From Pseudomonadota bacterium (lineage in GTDB: Bacteria; Desulfobacterota; Desulfobulbia; Desulfobulbales; SURF-16): DNA of 64,000 nt. Below the pieces are notes generated by a model, which worked only from the letters and a program-made list of their open reading frames with translations, did no database searches and had not been told where the DNA came from. This document shows, in pieces, positions 52,771 through 62,335 of this stretch. Every line of letters begins with the position of its first letter. Position 1 is the first letter of the stretch. The stretch covers positions 56,357 to 120,356 of the forward strand of contig JAHILF010000106.1 in assembly GCA_018897105.1 (NCBI GenBank), given 5' to 3'. The translations under genes were made by a program, and so were the position numbers.

Positions 52771-55143
52771 ATGACAGTTCTGCCAAGACCTGAGAGCCGT
52801 TTCCCTCCGTCGCCGGTTTCGGATGAAACGGGGGTTGAGCTGAAGATCCAGGGCGTGGTGCAGGGGGTCGGTTTTCGGCCTTTTGTCCATCGCCTGGCGT
52901 CCCGCTTCGGCTACTCCGGCACGGTGGTTAACAGCGCCGAAGGGGTGGTGATCAGGCTGGCGCCGCCTCTGGCCCATCTGGACAGCTTCCTGCAATGTCT
53001 GCAAGAGGAAGTGCCGCCTCTTGCCGGCATCACCTCGCTTGAGCAGACGAACATCGATGTTTTTCCCAGTGAACCCGGCTTTGTCATCCTCGAAAGTGAA
53101 CGGTCAGGTGCGGCGAGCACCATGATCCCGCCTGACGCCGCGGTCTGTGATGACTGTCTGGCTGAGCTGTTCAGCAAAAATGACCGCCGCTATCTCTATC
53201 CGTTCATCAACTGCACCAACTGCGGGCCGCGCTTCACCATTGTCGAGTCGATTCCCTATGACCGGCCGAACACGTCGATGAAGGTTTTTCCCATGTGTCC
53301 GGACTGCAGCGGGGAGTACCATGATCCGGGTAATCGCAGATTCCATGCCCAGCCCAATGCCTGCTGGCAGTGCGGACCACGCCTGAGCTGGCATGACGCT
53401 GACGGCCGTCGTCTGCAATGTGAAGATCCTCTGCAGGAGGCCGGCCGCGCCCTGGCCCAGGGTAAGGTCGTGGCTATGCGCGGACTCGGCGGTTTTCATC
53501 TCAGCGTTGATGCGGGTAGTGATACGGCGGTGCAAAGGCTGCGGCACAGGAAAAGAAGACCCAGCAAGCCCCTGGCGGTTATGGTGGGGGACGTGCAGGC
53601 GGCGATGAAAATCTGCAGCATATCCTTGCCGGAAAAGGAGTCGTTGCGTTCCTGGCAGCGGCCCATCGTGCTGCTGGCGAAAAGAGATGACAGCAGCCTG
53701 GCCCCATCAGTTGCGCCTGGCATTCTCCATCTCGGCCTGATGCTGCCCTACACCCCTTTTCATCATCTGCTTTTTCGGGTGGCGGAGACGCCGCCTGCGC
53801 TGGTAATGACCAGCGGCAACAGAAGTGATGAGCCGATCTGCACGGCAAACGAGGAGGCAATTGACAAACTGGCCGGCATCGCAGATTTTTTTCTGCTCCA
53901 TAACCGTGATATCGTCACCCGGGCGGATGATTCGGTGGTCAGGGTCATCGCGGGCAAAGCTCGGCCTCTGCGCCGCTCTCGCGGCTATGTGCCCCGCTCC
54001 GTGGCGCTTCAACAGGATCTGCCGGCAGTACTTGCCTGCGGCGCGGAATTGAAGAACACCTTCTGCATGACCCGGGGCAGGACGGCCTACCTGAGTCAGC
54101 ACATCGGGGATCTCTCCACAATGGAAACCCTGGAATTTTTTGAAGAGAGTGTTCGGCATATGCAGCAGGTGCTGGAGTTTGAGGCCGAGGCCGTTGCCTG
54201 TGATCTGCATCCTGATTACCTGAGCACCCGTTTTGCCGAAAGCCTGGGCCGCTCCCTGTACCGGGTGCAGCATCATCATGCCCATGCCGCGGCGGTGATG
54301 GCTGAGCACGGCCTTGATGAAGATACGTTTGCCGTGATTCTTGACGGCACGGGCTTCGGCCCGGACGGCACGGTCTGGGGCGGGGAGATTCTGCTGGCGG
54401 GATTTTCCTCTTTTGAACGGCTGGCCAGCCTGGAACAGATGATGCTCCCCGGCGGTGATGCCGCGGCCCGGGAACCCTGGCGTATGGCCATGGCTGCCCT
54501 GTGGGCGGCTTATGGCGAAGAGGGATTGGTCGGCAGAGATCACCTGGTCCCGGCCCTGGCAAAAATAGATGCTGCCAAAAAAGAGACCCTGGAGCAGATG
54601 ATGTCCCGCAGGGTCAACACTCCCCTGACCTCAAGCTGCGGCAGGCTCTTTGATGCCATGGCAGGGCTGCTTGATCTCTGTCTGGTTTCCGGCTATGAAG
54701 GCCATGCCGCCATGGAGCTTGAGGCAACGGCCTGGCGGGCGGTACGGGACGACTGGATGCATGTTGGGGCAGGGGAAATATACTTTCCCGTGGAGATCAG
54801 AAAAGTACAGGGCCGCCTGGTGATCGGCACCAGGTCGCTGATCCGGTCGGTGGTCGACTGCCTGGCCGGCTCCGCTGACCCGGGAGAGATTGCCCTTGCC
54901 TTTCATCGCTGGCTTGCCCTGTCCGTAACCGCCGTGATCAAGGAACTGGCCGCAAAACGCGGCCGGAAAAAGGTGGTGCTCGGCGGCGGCTGCATGCAGA
55001 ATGGTCTGCTGCTTGGCGGGCTGAGCAAAGATCTCCAGGCCGCAGGATTTCAGGTCTATTCCGCCGAGAAAGTGCCGGCCAACGATGGCGGGCTTGCCCT
55101 GGGGCAGGCGGTTATTGCCGGGATGAACTATGTAAAGAGTTGA
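52771..55143 (+). CDS. hypF: Carbamoyltransferase HypF ([NiFe]-hydrogenase maturation)
   Basis: The N-terminus is acylphosphatase-like (GVVQGVGFRPFV). Two zinc-finger pairs are present (CDDCLAEL...CTNCGPRF and CPDCSGEY...CWQCGPRL). YrdC-like and Kae1-like domains follow. Confidence 0.95.
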   Translation: MTVLPRPESRFPPSPVSDETGVELKIQGVVQGVGFRPFVHRLASRFGYSGTVVNSAEGVVIRLAPPLAHLDSFLQCLQEEVPPLAGITSLEQTNIDVFPSEPGFVILESERSGAASTMIPPDAAVCDDCLAELFSKNDRRYLYPFINCTNCGPRFTIVESIPYDRPNTSMKVFPMCPDCSGEYHDPGNRRFHAQPNACWQCGPRLSWHDADGRRLQCEDPLQEAGRALAQGKVVAMRGLGGFHLSVDAGSDTAVQRLRHRKRRPSKPLAVMVGDVQAAMKICSISLPEKESLRSWQRPIVLLAKRDDSSLAPSVAPGILHLGLMLPYTPFHHLLFRVAETPPALVMTSGNRSDEPICTANEEAIDKLAGIADFFLLHNRDIVTRADDSVVRVIAGKARPLRRSRGYVPRSVALQQDLPAVLACGAELKNTFCMTRGRTAYLSQHIGDLSTMETLEFFEESVRHMQQVLEFEAEAVACDLHPDYLSTRFAESLGRSLYRVQHHHAHAAAVMAEHGLDEDTFAVILDGTGFGPDGTVWGGEILLAGFSSFERLASLEQMMLPGGDAAAREPWRMAMAALWAAYGEEGLVGRDHLVPALAKIDAAKKETLEQMMSRRVNTPLTSSCGRLFDAMAGLLDLCLVSGYEGHAAMELEATAWRAVRDDWMHVGAGEIYFPVEIRKVQGRLVIGTRSLIRSVVDCLAGSADPGEIALAFHRWLALSVTAVIKELAAKRGRKKVVLGGGCMQNGLLLGGLSKDLQAAGFQVYSAEKVPANDGGLALGQAVIAGMNYVKS

Positions 55144-55257
55144 CTTCAAGCACAGACATCTCGTAGCATCTAACAGGAAATTGTTGTTTTTTTTCTGTTT
55201 GTGACTTCGAGATATCCGTGATTTTTGCTAAAATCAAAAAAATAGTGAGGATGAGCA

Positions 55258-55530
55258 ATGTGTCTGGCAGTGCCCATGCGTGTAATCGCCGTAAAAGGAG
55301 TGGAAAATGACTTCACCACCCAGCAGCTCGGGGTTGTTGAAGCCCAGGGTATTGAAAAAGAAGTGCGACTGGATCTGGTTGACCATTGGCCGGAAATAGG
55401 AGATTATCTTATTATTCATGCCGGCTTTGCCATCCATACCCTGGATGCCGCAGAGGCGGAAACCAATCTGCGGCTCCTGCGGGAATTGGCTGACAACATG
55501 CAGGCCGCAGCCGGAGAGGAAAAACGGTAG
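55258..55530 (+). CDS. hypC: Hydrogenase assembly chaperone HypC/HupF family
   Basis: The MCLAVPMRV N-terminus has the essential Cys2. The protein is 90 aa and sits between hypF and hypD. Confidence 0.9.
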   Translation: MCLAVPMRVIAVKGVENDFTTQQLGVVEAQGIEKEVRLDLVDHWPEIGDYLIIHAGFAIHTLDAAEAETNLRLLRELADNMQAAAGEEKR

Positions 55531-55532
55531 AT

Positions 55533-56618
55533 ATGAAATATGTCTCAGAGTACAGGGATAAAAAATTTATCGACCCGCTGGTTGATGAATTGCGGAGGAC
55601 CATTGACCGCCCCCTGCGCATCATGGAGGTATGCGGTACCCACACCATGGCGATTTTTCGGCATGGTCTGCGTTCGCTCATGCCGGAGGGGCTGGAGCTG
55701 ATCTCCGGCCCGGGCTGCCCGGTCTGTGTCACCTCCAGCGCCCAAATTGATGGATTTATCGATGTGGCCAGTCGGGACGGAGTGCGGGTGGCGATCTTCG
55801 GCGATCTTTACCGGGTACCTGGTTCCCATGGCTCTCTGGCCAGGGCGCAATCCCAGGGTGCCCAGGTGGAGGTGGTTTATTCGCCCATAGATGCCCTGAC
55901 GCTTGCCGAAAAAAATCCGCAGCAGATGACGGTGTTTCTGTCTGTCGGTTTCGAGACCACCATTCCGCTGGTTGCCGCCACAATTCTTGAGGCCGAGCGT
56001 CGGCAGGTGGATAATTTTACCGTTTTTTCCACCCACAAGATCATGCCGCCGGCACTTTCGGCCCTGCTCGGCGATCCTGAACTCCGCCTGGACGGGCTGC
56101 TCTGCCCCGGCCATGTAAGCACCATCATCGGCGCGGCTGCCTATGAACCGCTGGCCGCAAATTACCATCTGTCCTGCGTGGTGGCTGGCTTTGAGCCGGT
56201 TGATGTGCTCCAGGCGCTTATCATCCTGGCACGGCAGGCAAGGGAAGGAAGGGCTGAGGTGGAAAACGCCTACGGCCGGGCGGTTGACTGGCAGGGCAAT
56301 CTGCGGGCCCAGAAGCTGATGCATGATGTTTTCGAACCGGTTGACTGCCAATGGCGGGGGCTGGGCACTATACCGGCCAGCGGCATGGCGATCCGGGAGA
56401 AATTTTCCCGCTTTGATGCGGAAAAAAGGTTTGATATCAGGCTTACGGAAACACCGGAACCGAAAGGATGCCTGTGCGGCCTTATCCTCAAGGGCAGGAA
56501 AAATCCGGCCGACTGCCCGCTCTTTGGCGGCCGGTGTACGCCGCTGAATCCGGTGGGTCCCTGTATGGTATCAAGTGAAGGAACCTGTGCCGCTCATTAT
56601 CGCTATGGCCGGACTTGA
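55533..56618 (+). CDS. hypD: Hydrogenase formation protein HypD
   Basis: MKYVSEYRD, CGTHTMAI, GPGCPVCV and C-terminal Cys-rich motifs of HypD are present. Confidence 0.95.
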   Translation: MKYVSEYRDKKFIDPLVDELRRTIDRPLRIMEVCGTHTMAIFRHGLRSLMPEGLELISGPGCPVCVTSSAQIDGFIDVASRDGVRVAIFGDLYRVPGSHGSLARAQSQGAQVEVVYSPIDALTLAEKNPQQMTVFLSVGFETTIPLVAATILEAERRQVDNFTVFSTHKIMPPALSALLGDPELRLDGLLCPGHVSTIIGAAAYEPLAANYHLSCVVAGFEPVDVLQALIILARQAREGRAEVENAYGRAVDWQGNLRAQKLMHDVFEPVDCQWRGLGTIPASGMAIREKFSRFDAEKRFDIRLTETPEPKGCLCGLILKGRKNPADCPLFGGRCTPLNPVGPCMVSSEGTCAAHYRYGRT

Positions 56619-56653
56619 GAAAGAAAGCGACAGATAAAGGACCAGCTATTCAC

Positions 56654-57670
56654 ATGAAAATGACGGAAACGATTCTGCTTGATCACGGCAGCGGCGGCCG
56701 TGCCAGCCAAGAGCTGATCAAAAATATTTTTCTTCCCCAGCTTACCAATCCGGTGCTCGCCTGCCTGGAAGACAGTGCCATTGTCGACACTCCGGCAGGG
56801 CAACTTGCCTTTACCACGGACAGTTATGTGGTTGATCCTATTTTTTTCCCGGGCGGCGATATCGGTGAGCTGGCCATCAACGGCACGATCAATGATCTGG
56901 CCATGCGGGGCGCTAAACCCATTTGTCTCAGTCTTGGGCTGATCCTGGAAGAGGGCTTTGCCCTGGATGATCTCAAGCGGGTCATCCTCTCCATCCAGGG
57001 GGCCTGCCGCAAAGCGGACGTGCCGGTGGTGACGGGTGATACCAAGGTGGTGCCAAAGGGCAAGGGTGACAAGATCTTTATCAATACCTCGGGCATCGGG
57101 CTTGTTGACCCCGGTATCCAGATTTCCGGCAAAAATGCCCGGCCGGGGGATGCGATTATCCTCTCCGGCAGTATGGGTGATCACGGCATAACCATCCTGT
57201 CTCAGCGGGCCGGCATCTCGCTGCAGGGAAATCTGCGCAGTGACACCATGGCCCTGCATCGGCTCGTGCAGCAGATGCTTGCTGCGGCCCCGGGTGCGGT
57301 GCATACCCTGCGGGACCCGACCAGGGGCGGGGTGGCCACCTCGCTTAATGAAATCGCCGAGGCAGCCCAGGTGGCCATTGAGCTTGATGAGACTGCAATT
57401 CCTGTAAAACCCGAGGTTGCCGCCGCCTGCGAGATCCTCGGCATGGATCCCCTCTATCTGGCCAATGAGGGCAAATGCCTGGCCCTGGTGGCACCGGAGC
57501 ATGCCGGTCGGTTGCTTGAGCTGATGCGTTCTCTGCCCGAAGGGGCTGACGCGGCTGTTATCGGCCGGGTGAGCGAAGGCCCTGCGGGCAGAGTGCTGCT
57601 GAAAACAGCGGCCGGCGGCACACGTATCGTGTCCTCTCTGACCGGCGAGCCTCTGCCGAGAATCTGCTGA
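56654..57670 (+). CDS. hypE: Hydrogenase expression/formation protein HypE
   Basis: It has an AIR-synthase-like fold (LDHGSGG, DDLAMRGA). The sequence ends in the diagnostic PRIC. The ATG at 56654 is preferred. Confidence 0.95.
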   Translation: MKMTETILLDHGSGGRASQELIKNIFLPQLTNPVLACLEDSAIVDTPAGQLAFTTDSYVVDPIFFPGGDIGELAINGTINDLAMRGAKPICLSLGLILEEGFALDDLKRVILSIQGACRKADVPVVTGDTKVVPKGKGDKIFINTSGIGLVDPGIQISGKNARPGDAIILSGSMGDHGITILSQRAGISLQGNLRSDTMALHRLVQQMLAAAPGAVHTLRDPTRGGVATSLNEIAEAAQVAIELDETAIPVKPEVAAACEILGMDPLYLANEGKCLALVAPEHAGRLLELMRSLPEGADAAVIGRVSEGPAGRVLLKTAAGGTRIVSSLTGEPLPRIC

Positions 57671-57801
57671 GCCGGGCAGTTGTTTCTTTACACCACGGAG
57701 CACACAGAGGACTCAGAGAAAATGATTTTTAATCACAGTCAGTTATCTCTGTGAGCTCTGTGCACTTTGTGGTTAATTTTCAGTTTTCGAGACCATCATT
57801 G

Positions 57802-57887
57802 ATGTCAAATCATAGAAAAAAATCGGCGTGCTCGGCATCGGCAACCTGCTGCTCGGCGATGAGGGTTTTGGCGTGCATATGATCCGC
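57802..57887 (+). pseudogene. Remnant of a hydrogenase maturation endopeptidase gene (HybD/HyaD family), frameshifted and 3'-truncated
   Basis: The frame starting at 57816 reads KKIGVLGIGNLLLGDEGFGVHMIR, matching the conserved protease N-terminus. That frame has a TAG just upstream. The only nearby ATG (57802, MSNHRKK) is in another frame across an A7 run. Similarity ends after about 24 aa, and the frame runs into hypA. Confidence 0.55.
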
Positions 57888-57951
57888 ATTGTTGTCCGGC
57901 CGGGTGGCAGAGGTGGCGGGAATGATACTACGCTGGAGGAGGAGGGGGGCC

Positions 57952-58299
57952 ATGCACGAAATATCGCTGGTTCAGGGGCTGCTTAAGCAGCTTGCCGAAC
58001 TTGCCGGAGAACACCAGTGCAAGGCGATCAGCAAGGTGAGGGTTGAGATCGGACCTCTTTCCGGCATTGTCATCGATTCCTTTCAGTTCGGTTTTGATGT
58101 GCTGTCCGCTGAGCAGGATTTGACCAGAGATGCCCTGCTTGAAATCGTTACCCCGCCCATCCAGTACAAGTGCTGTTACTGCGGCCATGTCTCCCTGAGT
58201 TCTGAAGGGGTACCGGATAGCTGTCCGGAGTGCAGTCATACCCTACTTGTACCTGAGGGGGGGGACGGTCTTATTCTCATGCAGGTTGAAATGGTCTGA
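57952..58299 (+). CDS. hypA: Hydrogenase nickel incorporation protein HypA
   Basis: It has the MHE N-terminus (MHEISLVQGLL). The zinc site is CCYCGH...CPECS. The size is about 115 aa. Confidence 0.9.
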   Translation: MHEISLVQGLLKQLAELAGEHQCKAISKVRVEIGPLSGIVIDSFQFGFDVLSAEQDLTRDALLEIVTPPIQYKCCYCGHVSLSSEGVPDSCPECSHTLLVPEGGDGLILMQVEMV

Positions 58300-58340
58300 T
58301 AAAAGATTTATACTTTTTTAAAAAATATGAGGACGGAATA

Positions 58341-59039
58341 ATGTGTGAAGATTGTGGATGTGCGAGCCCGAGTCATAATCATAAGGTAGTTGATGTCAAT
58401 CAGAGCCTGCTTGCTGCCAACGACGCCCTGGCGGAAAAGAACAGAGAGCATATTGAAGAACTGGGGGCCGTGGCGATTAATCTGATCAGCAGCCCGGGTT
58501 CCGGGAAAACAACCCTGCTTGAGAAAACCATTGAGCGGCTGGGCAAGGAGCTGCGCATCGGGGTCATTGAGGGCGATATTGAAACGGAAAGGGATGCCGA
58601 ACGCATTCGCGCCAAAGGCGTGCCGGTGGTACAGCTCACCACGGGCGGTGCCTGCCACCTTGATGCCGCCCTGGTTCATAAGGGCATTCACGCCCTGGAA
58701 CACCAGCTTGATGACAAAAAACTCGATCTGCTCTTTATTGAAAATGTCGGCAATCTTGTCTGCCCGGCCACCTTTTACCTGGGTGAGCATCAGCGGGTGG
58801 TGATGATCTCCGTGCCGGAGGGGCCGGATAAACCGGCCAAATATCCGAGGGCCTTTATCGGCTCCGATGTTTTTATGATCAGCAAGACAGACCTGCTGCC
58901 CTATTTTGATTTTCCGTCGGAGATGGCGATCAAAGATGCGCTGCTGCTCAATCCGAAGCTCAAGGTCATGTCTGTTTCCGCCACGACCGGGGATGGCTTT
59001 GACAGTTGGCTGGCGTATCTGCGTTCCCTTTGTCGATGA
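58341..59039 (+). CDS. hypB: Hydrogenase nickel incorporation GTPase HypB
   Basis: The N-terminal metal site is MCEDCGC. The P-loop is SSPGSGKTTLLE. ENVGNLVCP and ISKTDL motifs are present. Confidence 0.95.
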   Translation: MCEDCGCASPSHNHKVVDVNQSLLAANDALAEKNREHIEELGAVAINLISSPGSGKTTLLEKTIERLGKELRIGVIEGDIETERDAERIRAKGVPVVQLTTGGACHLDAALVHKGIHALEHQLDDKKLDLLFIENVGNLVCPATFYLGEHQRVVMISVPEGPDKPAKYPRAFIGSDVFMISKTDLLPYFDFPSEMAIKDALLLNPKLKVMSVSATTGDGFDSWLAYLRSLCR

Positions 59040-59728
59040 TATTTGGTTTAACCGACTCCCTTATCTTTCCCCCGCCTTATCTTGCCAGGGAGGACGGCCT
59101 GCTGGCCATCGGCGGAGATCTTTCCGTGGAAAGGCTCCTTCTTGCCTATGGCCAGGGCATTTTCCCCTGGTACACCGAGGAAGATCCCATTCTCTGGTGG
59201 GCGCCTGACCCGCGTCTGGTGCTTGAACCGAAAAATTTTCATCTCGCCAAACGGCTTGCCCGGATTATCCGGCAGGACCGCTTCCGCGTCACCTTTGATA
59301 CCTGTTTTGCGCAGCTCATCAGAGCATGCTCATTACCTCGGGCGGGCAAAGAGCGGGGTACCTGGCTGGTCCCTGAGATGATTGAGGCATACATCCGTCT
59401 GCATGAGGCGGGTTATGCCCACTCCGTGGAATGCTGGGAGGGGGAAACCCTGGCCGGCGGTCTTTACGGCGTGGCCATCGGCAGGGTGTTTTTCGGCGAG
59501 TCCATGTTCTCCCGGGTCGCGAACTCCTCCAAGGTCGCCCTGGCCCATCTGGTCAATCTGCTGCAACAATGGGAATTTGCTCTGATTGACTGCCAGATGA
59601 CCACCTCCCATCTGATGAGCCTCGGGGCCCGGGAAATGCCTGGTTACGAATTTTACAGCCGCCTGGAAAAGCATATTCTGCTGTCGGGCCATGAAGGCCC
59701 GTGGACAGAGGCTTTAATAAAAAAATAG
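59036..59728 (+). CDS. aat: Leucyl/phenylalanyl-tRNA--protein transferase
   Basis: LLAIGGDLSVERLLLAYGQGIFPWY, WWAPDPR and GESMFS motifs are present. The ATG at 59036 overlaps the hypB stop (ATGA). Confidence 0.9.
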   Translation: MIFGLTDSLIFPPPYLAREDGLLAIGGDLSVERLLLAYGQGIFPWYTEEDPILWWAPDPRLVLEPKNFHLAKRLARIIRQDRFRVTFDTCFAQLIRACSLPRAGKERGTWLVPEMIEAYIRLHEAGYAHSVECWEGETLAGGLYGVAIGRVFFGESMFSRVANSSKVALAHLVNLLQQWEFALIDCQMTTSHLMSLGAREMPGYEFYSRLEKHILLSGHEGPWTEALIKK

Positions 59729-59815
59729 CAGCACCTTGACTCCCTTCAGGCAATATTTACCTTTTAATTAGGAGGAGGCGTTAGTAAAAATAACTGACGA
59801 AAAGGGGGTGTTAGC

Positions 59816-60274
59816 ATGTTCGATCTTATTCCATCACGAGGGCGGAAAGTTGAGGTGCCGGATGTTTTCGGGGAAATGGAGGATATGTTCCAGAGAATGT
59901 GGAAGGGGTCAATGCTTCATGACCTGATGCTTGAATCTGAACGAAACTGGGCGCCTCGCCTTGATGTAAGTGAAACGGATACGGCGATTGAAGTAATTGC
60001 CGATCTTCCCGGTCTGGAGAAAAAGGATATCGACATTTCCCTGGAAAACAGCGTTCTGGTCATCAAGGGTGAACGGAAGGAAGAGCATAAGGAAACTGAT
60101 AAGCATGTCCATAGAATGGAGCGGCGGTATGGTTCTTTTTACCGGGCTTTACGGCTTCCTACCGAGGTGAAGAGTGATAAGATTGAGGCCTCCTTCAAAA
60201 ACGGTGAGTTGAAAATCACTCTGCCTAAATCCGAGGAAGCGAAAAAGAATATCACCCGCATTGAAGTCCATTAG
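59816..60274 (+). CDS. Hsp20/alpha-crystallin family small heat-shock protein
   Basis: The alpha-crystallin domain has WAPRLDVSETDTAIEVIADLPGLEKKDIDISLENSVLVIKGERK...GSFYRALRLP...ASFKNGELKITLPK. Confidence 0.9.
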   Translation: MFDLIPSRGRKVEVPDVFGEMEDMFQRMWKGSMLHDLMLESERNWAPRLDVSETDTAIEVIADLPGLEKKDIDISLENSVLVIKGERKEEHKETDKHVHRMERRYGSFYRALRLPTEVKSDKIEASFKNGELKITLPKSEEAKKNITRIEVH

Positions 60275-60292
60275 CAAGATAGTTTCCTTATA

Positions 60293-60326
60293 AAGAAGCC
60301 CGCAGCAATGCGGGCTTCTTTTATTG
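60293..60326 (+). terminator. Rho-independent terminator after hsp20
   Basis: AAGAAGCCCGCA, loop GCAA, then TGCGGGCTTCTT, followed by TTTATT. Confidence 0.75.
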
Positions 60327-60535
60327 CTTGACAAAAATGTCTTTCCTGGAGATTAATGAAAGAGTTATTCCTTATTGGGTGGTATTGTCTAGCATGATTG
60401 CACGAAGTCCCCAAGAGAAAGTGCATAGAGAGAACATTCCCCAACGCCCAGATTTTATGAGTGTATGGCCAAACTCGCCATGCTTCTTTCCTGTCCCCTT
60501 CGTGATAAAAGTCTGACAAACTGACATGCGATTCT

Positions 60536-62170
60536 ATGGCATACGAAGAATGTCCCGGTAAACATGCTGATACACCCGACTTGCAGCAGGAACGCGAGAA
60601 ACTTGAACAGCGTATCAGGGAACTGTCCGGTCAGGTAGCCACGCTGACCCACCATCTTGATCGGGAGATTGCAGCCCGCAAGGAGCTTGAAGAGGCGATT
60701 GCCGAGAGGGATAAAAAATTCCGCATTGTCACCGATTTCTCCTGGGACTGGGAATACTGGTTGGCCCCTGACGGCAAGTTTCTGCATATCTCACCGTCAT
60801 GTGAGCGGATAACCGGCTACAGTCCGTTAGATTTCTATAATAATCAAGATCTTTTTCTGTCACTAATCCATCCGAACGACCGGCAGCGCCTTGACGCCCA
60901 CCTCAAGGAAGAGATGCATGAAGCCGCGGAATTCCATTTTGATTTCCGCATTCTGTCCAGAAGCGGGGAAGAACGCTGGATTGCCCACAGCTGCCAACCG
61001 GTATTCAATGAACAGGGGCATCCCCTCGGTCGGCGGGCGAATAACCGCGATATCACCCGGCGAAAACGAGCTCAGGCAGCCTTGCAGGAAAGGGAAAAAT
61101 TTTTCCGCATGGTGCTTGACGCCACCTCCAACGGGGTCTGGGACCGCAACCTGCATACCGGTGAGGTCTATTACGGTGAAAACTGGGCAAAGATGCTGGG
61201 GTATACGCTCGAGGAGTTGCGGGACAGGCAGATAACCTGGGAGCAGCTGCTGCACCCTGATGACAAACCCGCTGCCCTGGCTGCGGTGTTCAATCATCTG
61301 CAGGGGATCACCTCCAGATATGTGGCGGAATTCCGTATGCGGAACAGATCAGGTGGCTGGCAATGGGTACTTGCCCGGGGCAAGGTGGTGGAATGGGATG
61401 AGAAAGGCCGGCCGCTGCGTTTTGTCGGCACCCATTACGATATTTCCGATCGCAAGAAGATTGAGAATGAGTTGCAGGAAAGTTCAAAAAAAATCAAGGA
61501 GTTTGCCTACTCTGTTGTCCATGATCTGAAAAATCCGGCTATTTCCATTCATGGCCTGGTCAGGCTGCTGCACAGTAAATGCGGGCATCTGTTGGATGAT
61601 AAAGGGAAAAAATTCTGTGCCCAGATCCTCAGTTCGTCTGAAGAGATTGCCGCTCTTGTTGACAAGATCAATGTTTTCATTTCAGCCCAGGAAGTGCCCC
61701 TTGTTCTGCAGCAGGTCTCTTTGCCGGAGACGCTGAAGATCATCAGAGAGGGATTTTCTCTGCAGCTTGAGCTGCGCTCCATCAAGTGGCATGAACCGGA
61801 AAACATGCCGGAGATAACCGCGGACCGTTTGTCATTGTTGCGGGTTTTGCGTAATCTGGTCGATAATGCCCTGAAGTACGGCGGCGAGAAGCTGACTGAG
61901 ATTGAAATCGGCTATGAGGATTCGGGGGACTTTCATGTTCTTTCCGTGCGGGATGACGGCGTAGGTCTGGGCAACAGCGAATCGGACGGTCTTTTTTCCA
62001 TGTTCATGCGGAAAAAGACCTCCCTGGGCATTGAAGGCGCCGGCCTGGGCCTGGCCATTGTCAAAGAGGTCGCCGCCCAGCATAAAGGCCAGGTGTGGAT
62101 CGAGCATAATCCCAAACAAGGCATTACCTTTTACGTCTCGTTTTCCAAGTCGCTGGAGGATGCCGGCTGA
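60536..62170 (+). CDS. Cytoplasmic PAS-domain sensor histidine kinase
   Basis: A coiled-coil N-terminus is followed by two PAS/PAC modules (NNRDITRRKRAQ and HYDISDRKKIENE). The H-box is VVHDLKNPA. ATPase boxes are LVDNALKYG, DDGVGL and GAGLGLAIV. Confidence 0.9.
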   Translation: MAYEECPGKHADTPDLQQEREKLEQRIRELSGQVATLTHHLDREIAARKELEEAIAERDKKFRIVTDFSWDWEYWLAPDGKFLHISPSCERITGYSPLDFYNNQDLFLSLIHPNDRQRLDAHLKEEMHEAAEFHFDFRILSRSGEERWIAHSCQPVFNEQGHPLGRRANNRDITRRKRAQAALQEREKFFRMVLDATSNGVWDRNLHTGEVYYGENWAKMLGYTLEELRDRQITWEQLLHPDDKPAALAAVFNHLQGITSRYVAEFRMRNRSGGWQWVLARGKVVEWDEKGRPLRFVGTHYDISDRKKIENELQESSKKIKEFAYSVVHDLKNPAISIHGLVRLLHSKCGHLLDDKGKKFCAQILSSSEEIAALVDKINVFISAQEVPLVLQQVSLPETLKIIREGFSLQLELRSIKWHEPENMPEITADRLSLLRVLRNLVDNALKYGGEKLTEIEIGYEDSGDFHVLSVRDDGVGLGNSESDGLFSMFMRKKTSLGIEGAGLGLAIVKEVAAQHKGQVWIEHNPKQGITFYVSFSKSLEDAG

Positions 62171-62335
62171 GCAGCCGACATTGCCCCGTTCTCCAAAGAC
62201 GAATACCTTTGCATGATCAGCAATTTTCATCCATAATGCGACAGTCCGTGAATGGTCATGACCGAAGGGACCGGCATCATCATAGAACCGAGTAATTTTT
62301 TTCCCCGCAAAGAATCATTATAGAGGAGTATTGGT

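Noticed and set aside
56603-57703. A 366-aa minus-strand ORF lies opposite hypE. Similar long antisense ORFs lie opposite other genes:
- hypD at 55545-56351.
- hypF at 53707-54543.
- The acetyl-CoA transferase-GNAT gene at 17282-18205 and 18245-19369.
- The E2-like gene at 7706-8929.
- The GGDEF gene at 20199-20915.
- The GDPD gene at 30379-31128.
   Set aside because: In every case the opposite strand encodes a protein with diagnostic family motifs. The antisense translations lack motifs and have skewed composition.
57691-57776. An imperfect inverted repeat rich in CACAGAG/CTCTGTG lies between hypE and the protease remnant.
   Set aside because: The arms align only partially (about 14 of 18 nt, with an indel) and no second copy was seen in the window. 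I cannot distinguish a REP-like element from chance.
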